From: Selaginella moellendorffii
Taxonomy: Eukaryota > Plantae > Lycopodiophyta
DNA: 64,000 nt
Direction: 5' to 3'
Assembly: GCF_000143415.4 (NCBI RefSeq)
Contig: NW_003314270.1
Coordinates: 3,069,668 to 3,133,667 of the forward strand
The notes beneath the pieces are model-generated. The model ran no database searches and was not told the origin of the DNA. It saw nothing but the letters and a program-made list of their open reading frames with translations. How positions within the stretch are numbered: the first letter of the stretch is position 1; every line of letters starts with the position of its first letter. Both the position numbers and the translations under genes were made by a program. Below are positions 60,859 to 64,000 of the stretch, piece by piece.

Positions 60859-63570
60859 CTAGATATTCCTTGGAATGACCACCACAAGCTTTGCGGGACA
60901 AGAGAATCATCTTGAACTCATACTCCATGTCAACATTCACAACTTCTGGAGGGGGACGAATGTCCAAAGAGCGATCCACATCAACATGATATGGTGCTAG
61001 TAAACTGACATGAAACACATTATAAACATGGGACAACTCATCCGGAAGATCCAACTTATAGGATACATCACCAACTCGCGCCAATACCCAATAGGGTCTG
61101 ACATATCTCGGTAATAGTTTCTGAGATAAAGCTCCCTTAATATTCAAGTTCTAGGAAAATAGCCATACCTGATCTCCCACTTGATAGGATACATCCTGAC
61201 GATACTAATCTTTATCACGTTGATACCTATCCTAAGCTTTGTCCATCGCCTTAGTAGCTCTAGACCAACCTTGGTGTAGCTACTCCATATAAGTCTCACC
61301 ACTTGCAATCTTCGACAACCGATCCATAACCACCATCAAAGTATCATAACCTTCAAACTTTGGCAAGCAAGTGACAAAATGAAGTGTCACACTTTGAAAT
61401 GGCTATGCCGGTGCTAGACTACATTGCAACTTTCCAGCCTACTTCTTAGTTCTGTGTTTACATTGCTGGCATATAGGGCAGGAACGGACATAGTTCACTA
61501 CATCACCTTCCATACCAGATCAGAAAAATCCCTTTTTCAACGAATCCAAAGTCTTTCAGTTTCCACCATGTCCAGTTGTTGGAACATTATGGTGTTCCCG
61601 CAAAAACAACTACTGCAGATCCTTAGAGGGAAGATACAATCTTTCTTGCTTATAAAATATAAGCCTATCCCAAACTGAGAAGTGAAGCTTCATATTAGTG
61701 TGACTAGCAACTTTTGTTGCTTTGCTACCAGGGTTTTGCTTTGACAACTCCACATGGTGTAAGATTGCTTTCACCAACAGATCACTTCCATATGAAGCCC
61801 GAACATCCTCCAACCAATCTGAATTAATTATCGATATTTCCCAGAACTAAGCTTGATGACTCAATGCATCCGGAACAATATTGTCTTTACCATGTTTATA
61901 TATAATTTCAATATTATATCTAGCAAGCTTCTTTTGCCAACGAGCCTACTTTAGCATAGGTTTAGACTTCATAGCAAAGTAGCTTAGTGTGTTACTATTT
62001 GTATGAACCTTGGTGTGTCCACCCAAGTAGTGTCTCCAGTGTTCCAATGCCGACACTATAGCAAACATTTCTTTCTTGTGCGTTGGCCATTTTTGTTGGG
62101 TTTCATCCAATTTCTTGGAATAGAACGCAATAGGACAACCATGTTGCTTTAGCATAACATCAACCACTTTATCACAATCTTGCCGCAACACAGCACCAAT
62201 AGCATAGCCAGATGCATCACAATGCACTTCGAAGGGTTTATCAAGATCCGGAATCTTGAGAACAGGAACTGTAGTCAAAATCTCCTTCAACTGTACAGAA
62301 GCACACTAACAAGCTGGTGTCAAATGAAATGACTACTCTTTTTATCAAGATCTAGGATCCTAAGAATAGGAATTGTAGTCATGATCTTCTTTAATTGTAC
62401 AAAAGCACACTAACAAACTGGTGTCTAATGAAATGGTATACTACTCTTCGTTAACTCAGTGAATAGAAGACCGATTTTTGCAAAATTGTGGACAAACTTG
62501 CGATAATATTATGCCAAACTGAGAAAGGAACGAACATCTGATACAGTGGTCAAAACTTCCCAGAACTTCACCACTTCTGTCTTATTTGGATCCACCTCAA
62601 TTACGCTACCACCAACTATATGTCCAAGAAAGTTCACGCACAATTTTCCAAAAGCACATTTAGTTTCTTTAGCATATACTTTGTGTTCACGCAATTTCTG
62701 AAACACCATCTCCAAGTGTTTCAAATGATCTTCCAATGTCTTTCACTAAAAACTAAAATATCATCAATATATAGGACAATAAATATGTCCAAATAATCTC
62801 TGAAAATTCTATCCATCATAGTGTTTAATGTCGCCGGAGCATTGCATACGGCATGACAAGGAACTCATAAGATCTATACTGAGTTTTAAAGGCTGTCTTC
62901 TTTGTTTCAAATGATCCTCCAACGTTTTACTGAAAACCAGAATATCGTCGATATATAGGACAACAAATGTGTTTAGATAATCTCGAATATTCTATCCATC
63001 ATAGTGCTGAACATTGCCAGAGTATTGCATAACCCAAATGGCATGACAAGGAACTCATAAGATCCATACTGAGTCTTAAAGGTTGTCTTCTTCACATCTT
63101 GATTTGCCACCCGTATCTAATGATATCCAGACCGCAAATCAAGTCGCGTAAAATACTCAGCCTTTAAGAGTTGGTCAAATAAGTCATCAATGCGAGGCAA
63201 AGGATAACTATTTTTTACCGTGATTTTGTTGAGTGCCTGATAGTCAATACACATCCTCATGATTCCATTCTTTTTCATAACAAAAAGGACCGGCACTCCA
63301 TAAAGTGACTTGCTATAAGCTCCTTAAATTTAGACTTCCCAGTACTATTCAAACCCAAAGACGCTTAACCCCAAATATCCCAAAACCCTTAACCGATTGG
63401 AAAAGGGGGTGCACTCTTGTTCATGGGCCCTTTCCTTCTATATTTGAACCCCATGAATCGTCTTTTGAGTCATTTTCTTTGGTTGCTTACACTTGTTTGG
63501 TCGAATGTGACCTTTATCAAAAAGCTTCATGAGTTGCTTCTTGAGTTCAGCCATCTCCTTGATGTTCAAT
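60859..63570 (-). mobile_element. Degenerate chromovirus (Ty3/Gypsy with chromodomain) pol
   Basis: [51 protein letters not shown]-region KLLPRYVRPY..VFHVSLL, chromodomain EYLV(K). Frameshifts and internal duplications. Confidence 0.9.
63314..63491 (-). mobile_element. Solo Cassandra-like LTR inserted in chromovirus pol
   Basis: TGTAAG...CTTATA termini, near-perfect 5-bp duplication (CTTGC/CTTGT on the plus strand), splits GHIRP|SKS. Its 5S segment lacks the C-box part. Confidence 0.8.
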
Positions 63571-63571
63571 T

Positions 63572-64000
63572 GATGGATCATCTCTCTAGTCATTCTTTTT
63601 GGTTGCTTACAATCCACTATGCTTCCCTGCAAGTTCATGCCCTCATAAATGGAAGTTGAGAGGTACAGCTCTCCCAAGAGCCTCGCTCTTTTGACACCCT
63701 ACCCCTCGGGTCAAACCCAGTGGGAGCAAACTGAACCAACCAGATGTCAATCAACATGTGGTGTGATTCCCCTAAGCCAACCAACAAAGTCAGACTCGAG
63801 ACCACTTTGATACCAAATGTAAGCTTCTTGAATTTAGACGTCCCGGGAGGTCACCCAGCCCAGTATTATTCAAACCTAAGGACATTTAATCCCAAATATC
63901 CCAAAACCCTTAACCGATTGGAAAAGAGGGTGCACTCTTGTTCATGGGCCCTTTCCTTCTATATTTGAACCCCATGGATCATCTCTTTAATTGTTCTCTT
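63572..64000 (-). mobile_element. Cassandra-like TRIM: 5' LTR (63818 to window end), 206-bp internal region, truncated 3' LTR starting at 63611
   Basis: LTR end CTTACA plus PBS TGGTATCAAAG, 5S-like segment ~63837-63892, AGTGGAT-TGTAAG junction at 63611. Confidence 0.8.

Overview
Eukaryotic plant nuclear DNA with very short introns and tight gene spacing. This fits a lycophyte such as Selaginella, but the organism is my inference. The first ~26 kb is gene-dense: LETM1 (partial), a miniature FRG1-like gene, two peroxisomal acyl-activating enzyme paralogues, mitochondrial processing peptidase alpha, Prp3, an auxilin-like J-protein, nuclear-encoded organellar Rps11, a CHASE-domain cytokinin receptor kinase and an F-box gene. 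A local inverted duplication rearranged the LETM1-FRG1-MPPa-AAE block. The remaining ~38 kb is a nest of transposons: a Tat-type Gypsy element with an extra RNase H before RT, a nested non-coding LTR element, Cassandra-like LTRs carrying the 5S rRNA internal promoter, and a chromovirus. The main discovery is a 14,376-bp DNA transposon (46479-60854) with perfect 24-bp TIRs and a TTAA target duplication, inserted in the chromovirus chromodomain, which reassembles in frame when the element is removed. It carries a Sola-like transposase. Divergent from it is one long spliced gene joining a ParB/Srx-like domain, a degenerate DNA-methyltransferase-like region, an acidic tract and an FCP1-like HAD phosphatase. 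The element holds about 25-30 copies of a 22-bp palindrome (ATGGCRTGWGGCCWCAYGCCAT), many inside its own introns. This suggests a transposon-encoded 'ParB/parS-like' self-recognition or anti-silencing system. Domain calls are by eye and need HMM or structure confirmation.
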